The notes beneath the pieces are model-generated. The model saw nothing but the letters and a program-made list of their open reading frames with translations, ran no database searches and was not told where the DNA came from. Made by a program: the position numbers and the translations under genes. Shown in pieces: positions 44,871-53,003 of a stretch of DNA of 63,009 nucleotides. The stretch is from a virus (taxonomy: Duplodnaviria; Caudoviricetes), in the IMG/VR virus record IMGVR_UViG_3300042514_001623, positions 1-63,009 of that record; one strand, 5' to 3'. Numbering within the stretch: the first letter of the stretch is position 1; every line of letters begins with the position of its first letter.

Positions 44871-46113
44871 CTTCCCCAACATCGAAGCCCCGGCCGCCGC
44901 GCCGGCCCCGCGCACCGAGGTTGCCACCGCCGCAGCCCAGGCCCTGGACCTTGCCAAGATCGACCTGGCCGCCGTGGTGCGCCAGCAGTTCGGCGACTGG
45001 CGCGCGGCCACGGCCCAGCTGAAGGCCGACAACGCCAAGACCGTGCTGGACCTGACCACGCAGAGCCGGGTGGACGAAGCCCGGTCCCTGCGCGAGCGCA
45101 CGATCAACAAGCCCATCGCCGAAGCCCGCAAGACCTGCAAGGCGCTGAAATCGACCCTGGCCAGCGCAAGCAAGGTGGCCGGCGACGAGGTGGACGCCCT
45201 GGTGCTGGCCTACGAGGAAGCCGCGGCGCCCATCACCAAGCAGATTGACGAGGCGCAGGCCCGGTTCGACGCTGCCAAGGCCGAGAAAGAGCGCCTGGAG
45301 CGCGAGGCCCAGGAGCGCCACGCCGCGCGCCTGCAGGTGATCGCCGGCTACCTGCTGCGCTGCCAAGAGGTGGGCATGACGGCTGAGCGCATCGCCCTCG
45401 GCATCAAGACCTTGGCCGACAGCGACGTGAGCGACACCGACGCCGCCCGAGCCGAAGCGCTGGCCGGCGCCAAGGCACGCGCGCTGGAGCAGATGGGCAC
45501 GCTGCACGCCCAGGCCGTGGCCCGGGAAGCCGAGGCAGCGCGGCAGGAGGCCATCCGCGTGGAGAACGAGCGCCGGGCCGCCGAGCTTGCCGAGCAGGAG
45601 CGCCGCATTGCCGCCGAAGCCGCCGCCATCCGCAAGGCCGCCGAGGAACTGGCCGCGCGTGAGGCCGCGGCACGGGCTGCGGAGGCCGCTGCCAAGCAAG
45701 CCGAGAACGACCGGCTGGCCGCCTTGGACCTGAAGCGCGCCGCCGAGCTTCAAGCGGAGTTCGAGGCCAGCTGCGCAGCCGCCACGGCGCGCGAGAAGGC
45801 CGCCCAAGAGCGCTACATCGAAGACCGCCAAGCCGACCCGATCCGCGCCGACGACCCCGACGCTGCCCCGCACACCACGGCAGCCGAGATGGGCGGCGAC
45901 CGCGCCGACCCGGGCGAGGCCGTGGGGCTGGCCGAGGTGAACCCGGAGCCGGCAACTGTCAAGGAATCCTTGACAGCTGAGCCCACGCCCGCCGACACCC
46001 TGCGCGCCCTGGCCGCCGAAGCCCGCGCGAGCCGCGTCCCCACGAACCCCAAGATGGGCCCGGAGTGGTGGGCCCGCTGGTTCGCCGCCGTCGATGCGCT
46101 GGAGGTGGCGTGA
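44863..46113 (+). CDS. Long coiled-coil hypothetical protein (416 aa)
   Basis: GAGGA RBS; Ala/Glu/Arg-rich. Confidence 0.75.
   Translation: MLDFPNIEAPAAAPAPRTEVATAAAQALDLAKIDLAAVVRQQFGDWRAATAQLKADNAKTVLDLTTQSRVDEARSLRERTINKPIAEARKTCKALKSTLASASKVAGDEVDALVLAYEEAAAPITKQIDEAQARFDAAKAEKERLEREAQERHAARLQVIAGYLLRCQEVGMTAERIALGIKTLADSDVSDTDAARAEALAGAKARALEQMGTLHAQAVAREAEAARQEAIRVENERRAAELAEQERRIAAEAAAIRKAAEELAAREAAARAAEAAAKQAENDRLAALDLKRAAELQAEFEASCAAATAREKAAQERYIEDRQADPIRADDPDAAPHTTAAEMGGDRADPGEAVGLAEVNPEPATVKESLTAEPTPADTLRALAAEARASRVPTNPKMGPEWWARWFAAVDALEVA
45956..45976. repeat. Perfect 10-bp palindrome inside CDS
   Basis: CTGTCAAGGA-A-TCCTTGACAG. Confidence 0.8.
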
Positions 46114-46550
46114 TGGGCCTGCGCTGCACCAAATGCGGCCGGCGCGGGCACGTCATGGAGCGCTGCACCGTTGACCTGCAAGCCGCCGCCCGCGAAGCTT
46201 GCGCGGCCATCCTGCGGGTCGCGCGTCAGTACCCGCAGGGGATTGAGCGCCGCACGCTGCTGGACGAGGCCGGCATCAAGCATGACCGGGGATTCAAGAT
46301 TCTCATAGCCCTGCGCAAATCGGGCGAGGTGGTCAAGCGGCAGACCGTAGACCGGCAGACGCTGTTCACCGCAGCCGAGCACGAAGCCGAGATGCTGGCC
46401 CATGTGGAGGCAGCAGCGAAGACCGCAGCAAACAAGGCCCCCGGCCGCCAGTGGCCCGAGGGCAACACATGGACCCCGCCAGCGCCGCGAATCCCCAGCG
46501 TGTGGCACCTGGCGCAGATGGCCGCCAACGAAGATCGGAGGGCTGCATGA
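46113..46550 (+). CDS. Hypothetical protein with Zn-knuckle (CxxCxxxGHxxxxC)
   Basis: CTKCGRRGHVMERC; GGAGG RBS. Confidence 0.65.
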   Translation: MGLRCTKCGRRGHVMERCTVDLQAAAREACAAILRVARQYPQGIERRTLLDEAGIKHDRGFKILIALRKSGEVVKRQTVDRQTLFTAAEHEAEMLAHVEAAAKTAANKAPGRQWPEGNTWTPPAPRIPSVWHLAQMAANEDRRAA

Positions 46551-46861
46551 GCATCAAAGCACTGCGCGAGGCGCTGGCTGCGCCCGACAACTGGTTTGCG
46601 CGCGCGACATGGACACCGGCCGACTTTGACGATGCAGGCTACAGCGCTGCGCCGCGCGCCTACATCGCCGCAGCCTGCACCGCCGCCCCGGCTCTGCTGG
46701 CACGGTGCGATGAGCTGGCGGAGGCCGCACGGCAGGCGCTGGAGGCGCTTGAAGACGCACGCCACCACATGAGCGCATCGGGCGCATTCACTGAGATTCA
46801 ACTGGCCGCGCAAGACGCACTGCGCGTCGCCCTCAACAGCACACAGGAGAGCGCCAAGTGA
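46547..46861 (+). CDS. Hypothetical protein
   Basis: GGAGG RBS, ATGA overlap; YIAAA....P.LL motif. Confidence 0.65.
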   Translation: MSIKALREALAAPDNWFARATWTPADFDDAGYSAAPRAYIAAACTAAPALLARCDELAEAARQALEALEDARHHMSASGAFTEIQLAAQDALRVALNSTQESAK

Positions 46862-47058
46862 GCACACCACGCGACGACCGCCCCGCATACATGGCCGCCA
46901 TGCTGAGCGGCAACCACGTTCAGGCGCTGGCGATCGAGCGCCGCCACGGCTTGGACGGTTACCCGCCCGACCTGGTGAGCGTGGGCCTCAAGGCTGCTGC
47001 TGAAGGCCGCGATGCGCTGGAAGCCGTCGAAGCCCACATTGAGGAGAGCGCATCATGA
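46858..47058 (+). CDS. Hypothetical protein
   Basis: AGGAG RBS, GTGA overlap. Confidence 0.65.
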   Translation: MSTPRDDRPAYMAAMLSGNHVQALAIERRHGLDGYPPDLVSVGLKAAAEGRDALEAVEAHIEESAS

Positions 47059-47804
47059 GCACCAAGACCGAGGCCGGGCCGGTGGCGCCGGTTTGCTATT
47101 GCCCTCCTGAGCTGCTGCTGAAGCTAGACGACGAGGATTATCGCGCTGGATGGATGGCGCGCGTGAAAAGCGCGCCGAATGCCGTGTTCAGCGTCCCCCT
47201 CTACGCCCACCCGCCCGCACAAGAGCATCCCAACCTAGCGTGCAAGTCAGTGCAAAAGCGCCTTGCTACGCAGTGGGGCTACGTGCCCGCACAAGAGCAG
47301 CCGGCGCCCGGTGGAATGCCGAACGGCTACGAGGCCATGACTACCTGCTACAAGCGGTACGTCTCGCCTGCGCAGTACGCCGCCTTCTCGCCCGGGGTGC
47401 AGAAGTGGTATCGGCCTTTCTGGACTGCCACCCACCCCACGCCAGCCGAGCGCGCAGAGCAGCCACAAGCCGAGCAGGAACTGCGCGAGCTGCTGGCTGT
47501 GCGTGTGGCCGGTGCGCTGCTGTACGCCGACGATGGCGAATTGCAGGACGCCAGCGAACTGCCGGCCATCGACTTCAAGCGGGACGCCCCGGGCGAGATT
47601 GCTCGCAAGCTGACAGACCGGGGCCTGAAGCGCCTGACGCGCGCAGAGCAGCCCCCGCGCGATGCCGTGCAGCAGGGGCTGACGGATGAGCAGATTGATG
47701 CACTGTGGCGCCAGGCCGCATCCGCAGACGGATTCACTACGGCGCAGTTCGTGCGCGAGTTCGCCCGCGCCATCGAGCGCGCCACCCTGAAAGGCCAGCC
47801 ATGA
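47055..47804 (+). CDS. Mosaic hypothetical protein (249 aa)
   Basis: PLYAHP, LYADDGELQD, LTDEQI...FARAIE phage modules. Confidence 0.7.
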   Translation: MSTKTEAGPVAPVCYCPPELLLKLDDEDYRAGWMARVKSAPNAVFSVPLYAHPPAQEHPNLACKSVQKRLATQWGYVPAQEQPAPGGMPNGYEAMTTCYKRYVSPAQYAAFSPGVQKWYRPFWTATHPTPAERAEQPQAEQELRELLAVRVAGALLYADDGELQDASELPAIDFKRDAPGEIARKLTDRGLKRLTRAEQPPRDAVQQGLTDEQIDALWRQAASADGFTTAQFVREFARAIERATLKGQP

Positions 47805-48103
47805 GCGGCGGGGACAGTGCGGGTCGGGGGGTGTTGAGCGAGGGGCTAGGCCTGGCTCCGGAGCGCCTGAGCGAAGACCGCGCACGCACGCTTATTGAGG
47901 CATGGCTGGACGAGCACGCCCAAGGATACCCGGACTACTCGCTGTGCGAAGACGGCGACGATGCCTGGGCCTTCTGGATCGCCGAGAAGGACACCACCAG
48001 TTACCTGCATTCCGATGGCCGCGTGGAGTGGTACGGCACCGGGTGGCCGGAGATCTACCAGTACGACGGCGACTCCGGCCTGTGGTCGTCGGCAAGGGCC
48101 TAA
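47801..48103 (+). CDS. Cassette A ORF, hypothetical (100 aa)
   Basis: Reads across a degenerate R' (GCTAGGC 47845); stop in GCCTAAC. Confidence 0.65.
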   Translation: MSGGDSAGRGVLSEGLGLAPERLSEDRARTLIEAWLDEHAQGYPDYSLCEDGDDAWAFWIAEKDTTSYLHSDGRVEWYGTGWPEIYQYDGDSGLWSSARA

Positions 48104-48116
48104 CGGACAGTTAGGC
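48098..48116 (+). repeat. Collapsed mini-attC (R''-5 nt-R')
   Basis: GCCTAAC-GGACA-GTTAGGC. Confidence 0.65.
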
Positions 48117-48137
48117 ATCACTGCAACGAGGAACACG

Positions 48138-48338
48138 ATGAAGAAACTACAACTTACCCCGTGGTTCAAGGCGGCGACACAGAAGCCAGTCCGTCGCGGC
48201 TGGTACGACTTCTATGACGGACTTTGGGGCCAGCATGTGCGCGCCATGTGGAACGGCACCTACTGGGTTTGGCAGGAAGGCACCCGCATCGACCCATACC
48301 CGTGCGACAAGTGGCGCGGGGTTTCGGGTGATGCCTAA
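48138..48338 (+). CDS. Cassette B ORF, Trp-rich hypothetical (66 aa)
   Basis: GAGGA RBS; LTPWF...KPVR.G.Y...W.G..W...WRG; stop in GCCTAAC. Confidence 0.7.
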   Translation: MKKLQLTPWFKAATQKPVRRGWYDFYDGLWGQHVRAMWNGTYWVWQEGTRIDPYPCDKWRGVSGDA

Positions 48339-48441
48339 CGCGCGAGCTAACCGGCCCGCAGAGGGCCAGAGGAGTGACAGGTGAGCACAGACGATACGAG
48401 CCCCGCTACTGCGGGTCCGGTGGTTCAGCGCGGTGTTAGGC
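48333..48441 (+). repeat. attC-like site (109 bp)
   Basis: GCCTAAC...CCGGCCCGCAG / CTGCGGGTCCGG...GTTAGGC with bulged bases. Confidence 0.8.
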
Positions 48442-48743
48442 CCTGCGCGTGGTGGCGCGAGAGCATTTACGCGGAATGCTGGCCGTGCGTGACCGTAGAC
48501 GAAAAGGAGGCCGAGTTCTGGCGCTCCGAAGGGCTGACGGTTGTTGAGCTGGGTGACGTGGCCGCAGAACGCGCAGAGTCGGCGCGGCTTCGCCACCTCC
48601 TGAATCTGGCGCGCGACGACTACAACACTGCGGCGCAGCGGCTGCAAGACATTGGCGACTACGCGCACGACCACAGCACCGGCCCAGCAGTGCCGGATGC
48701 GCTGTGGGAAGTGTGCTCAATGGCCTACGGTTCAGGGGCCTAA
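48381..48743 (+). CDS. Cassette C ORF, hypothetical (120 aa), starting inside the upstream attC
   Basis: GAGGAG RBS and GTG in the attC loop; stop in GCCTAAC. Confidence 0.7.
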   Translation: MSTDDTSPATAGPVVQRGVRPCAWWRESIYAECWPCVTVDEKEAEFWRSEGLTVVELGDVAAERAESARLRHLLNLARDDYNTAAQRLQDIGDYAHDHSTGPAVPDALWEVCSMAYGSGA

Positions 48744-48860
48744 CGTTCGAGTTCACCCGGACTCCAACAGCGCGAGGATCACAAATTGAATGAGAAAGCC
48801 ACAAATTCCGATGAGAGCCGGCCCGCTGTTGGTGGTCCGGGGTGCAACGAGGGGTTAGGC
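48738..48860 (+). repeat. attC-like site (123 bp)
   Basis: GCCTAAC...CCCGGACTCCAACAGCG / CGCTGTTGGTGGTCCGGG...GTTAGGC. Confidence 0.8.
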
Positions 48861-49178
48861 CCGCTGCCAACCATCCGGCCCGGTGAAACAGACGCGGAGT
48901 TTGTGGCGCAGATTGAGGCCACGCACTGCCGGCCGCTGACGCCACCGGAGCGGATGCCGCAATACATCCGCGACGAGTTGCCTGATGAACTGGCAGCCCA
49001 TCGTTTGCAGGCGTGGGCAGATGCGCGCGTGGCCGCAGAGCGCGCGAGATTCCTGCGCCTCATTGCGCGGCACTGCGAAGACGCCTGCGTGGCCGCCGTA
49101 CTCGAAGACTCAGTGCGCCTCGGGTTGGATGTGGGGCCTAACGTCGGAAATCAGGCGGACCCGGAGGCGAAGCCGTAG
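48786..49178 (+). CDS. Cassette D ORF, hypothetical (130 aa), starting in one attC and ending in the next
   Basis: GAGGA RBS and TTG in the attC loop; reads through GCCTAAC at 49136. Confidence 0.6.
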   Translation: MNEKATNSDESRPAVGGPGCNEGLGPLPTIRPGETDAEFVAQIEATHCRPLTPPERMPQYIRDELPDELAAHRLQAWADARVAAERARFLRLIARHCEDACVAAVLEDSVRLGLDVGPNVGNQADPEAKP

Positions 49179-49205
49179 GGGCTCGCCTGCATTGACCAGT
49201 TAGGC
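49136..49205 (+). repeat. attC-like site (70 bp)
   Basis: GCCTAAC...CAGGCG..CCC...GGC-GAA-GCC...GGG..CGCCTG...GTTAGGC. Confidence 0.8.
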
Positions 49206-49233
49206 CACGGCTCCGAAGCGAAAGGACAAAAGC

Positions 49234-49515
49234 ATGCAAGCGTTGAGCGACCTGATAACTGCGGCAGTGCAACTGGCCGGCGCAGATGACACCGTGAGCC
49301 ACGGCGCGCGGCTGTGGCACAGCGAAGGCGGCCGGCGCTGCCCGCTTGGCTGGGAGGACTGCTCGCAGGCGGTGTACATGGACCTGAAGACCGGCGAGTA
49401 CGACTATGGCGATCCTGGCGGCCCTGGGCATGCGGACTGCGAACGCAACTGCGCTCACGGCATGTTGCCTGCGCCGGAAGACGAGAACGAAGGCCCGTAT
49501 GCCTTGGTGGCCTAA
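49234..49515 (+). CDS. Cassette E ORF, Cys/His-rich hypothetical (93 aa)
   Basis: AAGGA RBS; W.S.GGR.CP....CSQ.VY......YDYG..GGP...C; stop in GCCTAAC. Confidence 0.72.
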   Translation: MQALSDLITAAVQLAGADDTVSHGARLWHSEGGRRCPLGWEDCSQAVYMDLKTGEYDYGDPGGPGHADCERNCAHGMLPAPEDENEGPYALVA

Positions 49516-49614
49516 CGTTGGAGCTGAACGGGCACCAACGGCAGGCACAGATTAACCCGGAGCGCGCCACGGCAACCCTGCCGTTGGGGCTCCGATTCGA
49601 GCGACGAGTTAGGC
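49510..49614 (+). repeat. attC-like site (105 bp)
   Basis: GCCTAAC...CCAACGGCAGG / CCTGCCGTTGG...GTTAGGC. Confidence 0.8.
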
Positions 49615-49640
49615 CACGCTGTGGCCGGAGCGAGAAAACG

Positions 49641-49871
49641 ATGGCAAAGCGATTCACCAAGGCGGCACTTGTCGAACAACTGCGCGACCTTGCGGACAAC
49701 GTGCAGCAGACCCGCCACTTTGACGGCGGCAACGGCACCGCGCAGCTTCGCCCGCGCGGATGCGATGAAGCCACCCAAGCGCTGATTGATAAGGCTGTGG
49801 ACTATGGCCGCTGGCGCACGCTCCACAACTTGGCCGCGGACGTGGAGTGCGGGTGTATTGGCGTGGCCTAA
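49641..49871 (+). CDS. Cassette F ORF, hypothetical (76 aa)
   Basis: GGAG RBS; stop in GCCTAAC (49866-72). Confidence 0.68.
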   Translation: MAKRFTKAALVEQLRDLADNVQQTRHFDGGNGTAQLRPRGCDEATQALIDKAVDYGRWRTLHNLAADVECGCIGVA

Positions 49872-49880
49872 CCCGTAGAT

Positions 49881-50246
49881 ATGCCACCTTTCCAAAGTCC
49901 GCGCAGGCCCGCGAGCCGCTGGGCCGCATACAACGCAACGCCAGGCGCGCACAAGCGCCGGAGCGCCGCGCGTGAGGCCGCCAGCATTGCCGGCCCGGCC
50001 CCGGCATACCCGCCGCTGGCCCCGTTGCATGGGGATTGGCTGGGCGGGTCCATAAACGGCAAGACCGTCATCATGCGGCTGATGCGAGATCCGCAGCACC
50101 GTTCTGACCAGTGGGCGGGCGAGATCGACGGCGAGGCGGTGACGGACGCCGCCGGCCTGACGCGGCTGTGGGAACTGCTGAGCAAGCGCTGGCCCAAGGC
50201 GCCGAGCCGGCGCACGCTGGCTGGGTTGGGAAAGCGCGAAGGGTGA
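49881..50246 (+). CDS. Hypothetical protein (121 aa)
   Basis: ORF after the last R'' box. Confidence 0.5.
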   Translation: MPPFQSPRRPASRWAAYNATPGAHKRRSAAREAASIAGPAPAYPPLAPLHGDWLGGSINGKTVIMRLMRDPQHRSDQWAGEIDGEAVTDAAGLTRLWELLSKRWPKAPSRRTLAGLGKREG

Positions 50247-50400
50247 CACCCTCCCCAAGTTGGGTGCAGAATCCCTCCAGCCCGCGCAAGGGCGCCACGT
50301 CATCGGGCCTTCCAGGCCCCACGCTTCCCGGCTGTGCCGGGTGACTGCTGCTAGACAGCACAGACTGGTAGGGCGAACTCGCCCCTAAATTTCCACCATC

Positions 50401-50438
50401 AGCCCGCCCCGGGAAACCGCGGCGGGCTTTGTCGTTCT
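50401..50438 (+). terminator. Terminator-like hairpin before the late module
   Basis: AGCCCGCC...GGCGGGCTTTGTCGTTCT; same flanks as the 60886 hairpin. Confidence 0.55.
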
Positions 50439-50448
50439 GGAAGCGCTT

Positions 50449-50888
50449 ATGACCCCTGCCATCGTGCGCGGCGCCTTCCGCTACGGTGACAGCCGCCCCT
50501 TCGCTCGCCTAGTTACGCTGCTGCGCGGCGGCGACTCGGCGCACTGCGAAGCCGCGTGGCAGTGGGAAGGCTCGCTGCATCGGTGCGTGTCGGCCTCGGG
50601 CTGGACGGCGGCGTGCGCGCCAAGGACATCGAGATGCCGGCCGACAGGTGGCGCATCTACGAGGTGCCTGCGCGCGCAATGCCGCAAGCCTGGGGGCTGC
50701 TGCGGGCGTCGCACGGCTACGACGTGCTGGGCCTGCTGGGCATCCTCTGGCCGATCCTGGGGCATCGCACGCGCCGCTGGTTTTGCAGCGAGGCCGTCGC
50801 CGACATGCTCGGCCTGCCCGAACCTCAACTGTTCGACCTGCGAACCCTCGAATCCGTGTGCGCCTTGATTGGGCGTCGCGTGCAGTAA
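50449..50888 (+). pseudogene. Frameshifted permuted papain-like (NlpC/P60, YiiX-like) protein
   Basis: Frame 1 carries SAHCE...CVSAS; after ~50599 another frame carries LDGGVR.K...YD..G...WFCSE; one-base loss. Confidence 0.7.
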
Positions 50889-50914
50889 CACAACAGCCGT
50901 TTTAGGAGCCACAC

Positions 50915-51391
50915 ATGGCCGCTTTCGTTTTCAACATCGCCCTGGGCCGCGTTGCCGAGCTCTACCGCCGCGTCAAGGGCAACGACCCCGCCAACAGCGC
51001 CCTGGTGCTGGTGGCCATCAACAACGGCGGCACCACCGACGCCACCATGCAGGACTACACCACGCTGTCGGCCTTGCTGGCCGATGCTGGCGTGGCCGAG
51101 GTCACCAACAGCGGCTACAGCCGCAAGGTGCTCACCGACGCCGAGCTGGCATCGGTGCCCGCGCCCGACAGCACGAACAACCGCATCGAGCTGAGTCTGC
51201 CGGCGCAGACCTGGGCCACCATCGGTGCGGGCACGGCCTGGACTGACCTGGTGGTCTGCTACGACCCTGACACCACGACGGGCACCGACGCCGACCTGAT
51301 CCCGCTGACGCTGAGTGACTTCGTGAAGACCCCAGACGGTGGCGACATCCCGATGGCGGCCGGCGTGTTCTTCCGGGGCAGCGCGGCCTGA
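50915..51391 (+). CDS. Probable virion structural protein (158 aa)
   Basis: AGGAG RBS; FVFNIA.GR..E...NDP, E.T..GY.RK.L motif of minor virion proteins. Confidence 0.7.
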   Translation: MAAFVFNIALGRVAELYRRVKGNDPANSALVLVAINNGGTTDATMQDYTTLSALLADAGVAEVTNSGYSRKVLTDAELASVPAPDSTNNRIELSLPAQTWATIGAGTAWTDLVVCYDPDTTTGTDADLIPLTLSDFVKTPDGGDIPMAAGVFFRGSAA

Positions 51392-51403
51392 CGGGTCTGA
51401 GCC

Positions 51404-53002
51404 GTGGCTGTCTCAATCGTTGACGGCACGGCCGCCGCTGCCTGGCTGGCCGCAACCACTCAGCGCGCACAGCTCGAAGCCCTGGCGGCGCCGTGGGGCG
51501 GGTCTGCGGTGACGGCGCGCTTCTTCAGCGCTGGCGGCGACTTGCTGCGCACGCAGACCCTGCCGGCCCTGAGCATCGACACGGTGGCGGCTCCGTACCG
51601 TTTCAACCTCGGCCGCTACGTGGCAGACACCCATGTGGCCGAGGGCACGGCTGCGCGCCTGGATCTTCGCGCGGGCTCTACAGACATCGTGCGGCTGGAC
51701 TGCGGCCTGACGGGCTCGGGCGCCAGCGTAGAGCTTGCAGGGCCGCTGAAAGAGCTTTGCCCGCCCGACCTGGCCGGCGTGGAGTTGCTGGCGGATAGCG
51801 CGCTGCCTGCCGGGCCGCCGAACACGCTGCTGCTGACCGACGACGGGATGATGGCGAATGGCACTTTGCCCCTCGGCTCTCTTGAGTTGGACGGGGCGGT
51901 GTTCGTCGGCCACAACTCGCAAGACGGCCCGCGCGTGGCAAAGCATGTGCTTGCCACCGGCGTGACCACGGTCAGCGACTCGCTGCGCACGGCCATCGGC
52001 AATTCAGACCACTCAGCGCCGTGCGTCGTTGCGCGAAGCGATGGCAGGCTGACGGCCTTCTACTCGCGCCACAACATCGAAAACACCGCGTATCAGCGCA
52101 CCACCGTCAACCCCGGCGACGTGTCGTCTTGGGGCACCGAGGTCAATCTGAACGATGGCGGCGCCATCACCTATCCGAGCGTGATCGTGTGCGGCTCTCG
52201 GTGGCTGCTCACCTTCCGCGTGGACAACTCGTGGCGCTACCGCGTCAGCACTGACGAGGGCGCCACCTGGGGGCCGGGCATCACTGCGGCCACCTACTCG
52301 GGCGACGGCTCGGGCTCGCGGCCTTACCTGCTGCCTGTGTGGAATGCGGCGCAGAGCCGGGTTGACTTCGCCGTCATCGCCCAGGGTGCTGACCGCTTCC
52401 TTGTGCCCTACCTCTGGCACGTCTACGCGACTTTCGACGGCAGCAACGCGCTGACCTTCTTCAAGACCGATGGCACTTCGCTGGGCGCCGCCTTCGATGC
52501 TGCAAACGCCACCGAGATTTACAACGGCGCGCCTGATGGCGTGGACATCGCGTTCCAAATCGTCACGATCAACCCGAGCACCGGCGCGGTCTGGATCATG
52601 GCGCGTCGCATCAACAGCACCACCAGCAGCGACATGCTGCTGTATCGGCAGAACGGCACCGGCTGGCTGGGCCCTTCCACCATCTACAACGCGGGCTATC
52701 CCACAAGCCCAACGCGCACCGACTACGTGCCGGGGGCGGTCTTCCACCCGACCGACCCGACCCGCGTCTTCGGCATCCGGTCAACCGGCTACAGCGGCCC
52801 GAGCCGCTTGGCCGAGTACGCCACCACCGATGGCGGCGCCACATGGGCTTTCGTGCGCGAGATGACTCCGTGGAGCGAAGACAACGTGGAGCTGCTGCGG
52901 CCCCACGCGATTCAGAACGGCACCAAATATCTGGTGGCCTGGGCCAGCGGTCGCTTCACGGAGCTGACCGATTGGGACACATCAATTCTCATGGGAGCCT
53001 GA
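51404..53002 (+). CDS. Virion-associated protein with BNR/Asp-box beta-propeller (sialidase/lyase-like)
   Basis: STDEGATW and TTDGGATW Asp-boxes; DH.AP, YSRHN, TYP motifs. Confidence 0.7.
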   Translation: MAVSIVDGTAAAAWLAATTQRAQLEALAAPWGGSAVTARFFSAGGDLLRTQTLPALSIDTVAAPYRFNLGRYVADTHVAEGTAARLDLRAGSTDIVRLDCGLTGSGASVELAGPLKELCPPDLAGVELLADSALPAGPPNTLLLTDDGMMANGTLPLGSLELDGAVFVGHNSQDGPRVAKHVLATGVTTVSDSLRTAIGNSDHSAPCVVARSDGRLTAFYSRHNIENTAYQRTTVNPGDVSSWGTEVNLNDGGAITYPSVIVCGSRWLLTFRVDNSWRYRVSTDEGATWGPGITAATYSGDGSGSRPYLLPVWNAAQSRVDFAVIAQGADRFLVPYLWHVYATFDGSNALTFFKTDGTSLGAAFDAANATEIYNGAPDGVDIAFQIVTINPSTGAVWIMARRINSTTSSDMLLYRQNGTGWLGPSTIYNAGYPTSPTRTDYVPGAVFHPTDPTRVFGIRSTGYSGPSRLAEYATTDGGATWAFVREMTPWSEDNVELLRPHAIQNGTKYLVAWASGRFTELTDWDTSILMGA

Positions 53003-53003
53003 C

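Larger units (their letters stand above)
47845..49872 (+). mobile_element. Integron-like gene-cassette array (six cassettes, attC-type sites, no IntI; CALIN-like)
   Basis: Repeated GCCTAAC...GTTAGGC-bounded imperfect hairpins between single short ORFs; four of six stops fall in the TAA of GCCTAAC for B, C, E, F and also A. Confidence 0.8.

Noticed and set aside
36700-46550. Many early proteins ending in Ala-Ala as a global degron programme
   Set aside because: Largely explained by RBS plus ATGA/GTGA coupling sequences (e.g. GAGGTGGCAGCGTGA) at overlapping junctions
47845-49872. CRISPR array or simple terminators
   Set aside because: Spacing is gene-sized, interiors are non-identical, there are no U-tracts and no cas genes; the attC architecture fits better
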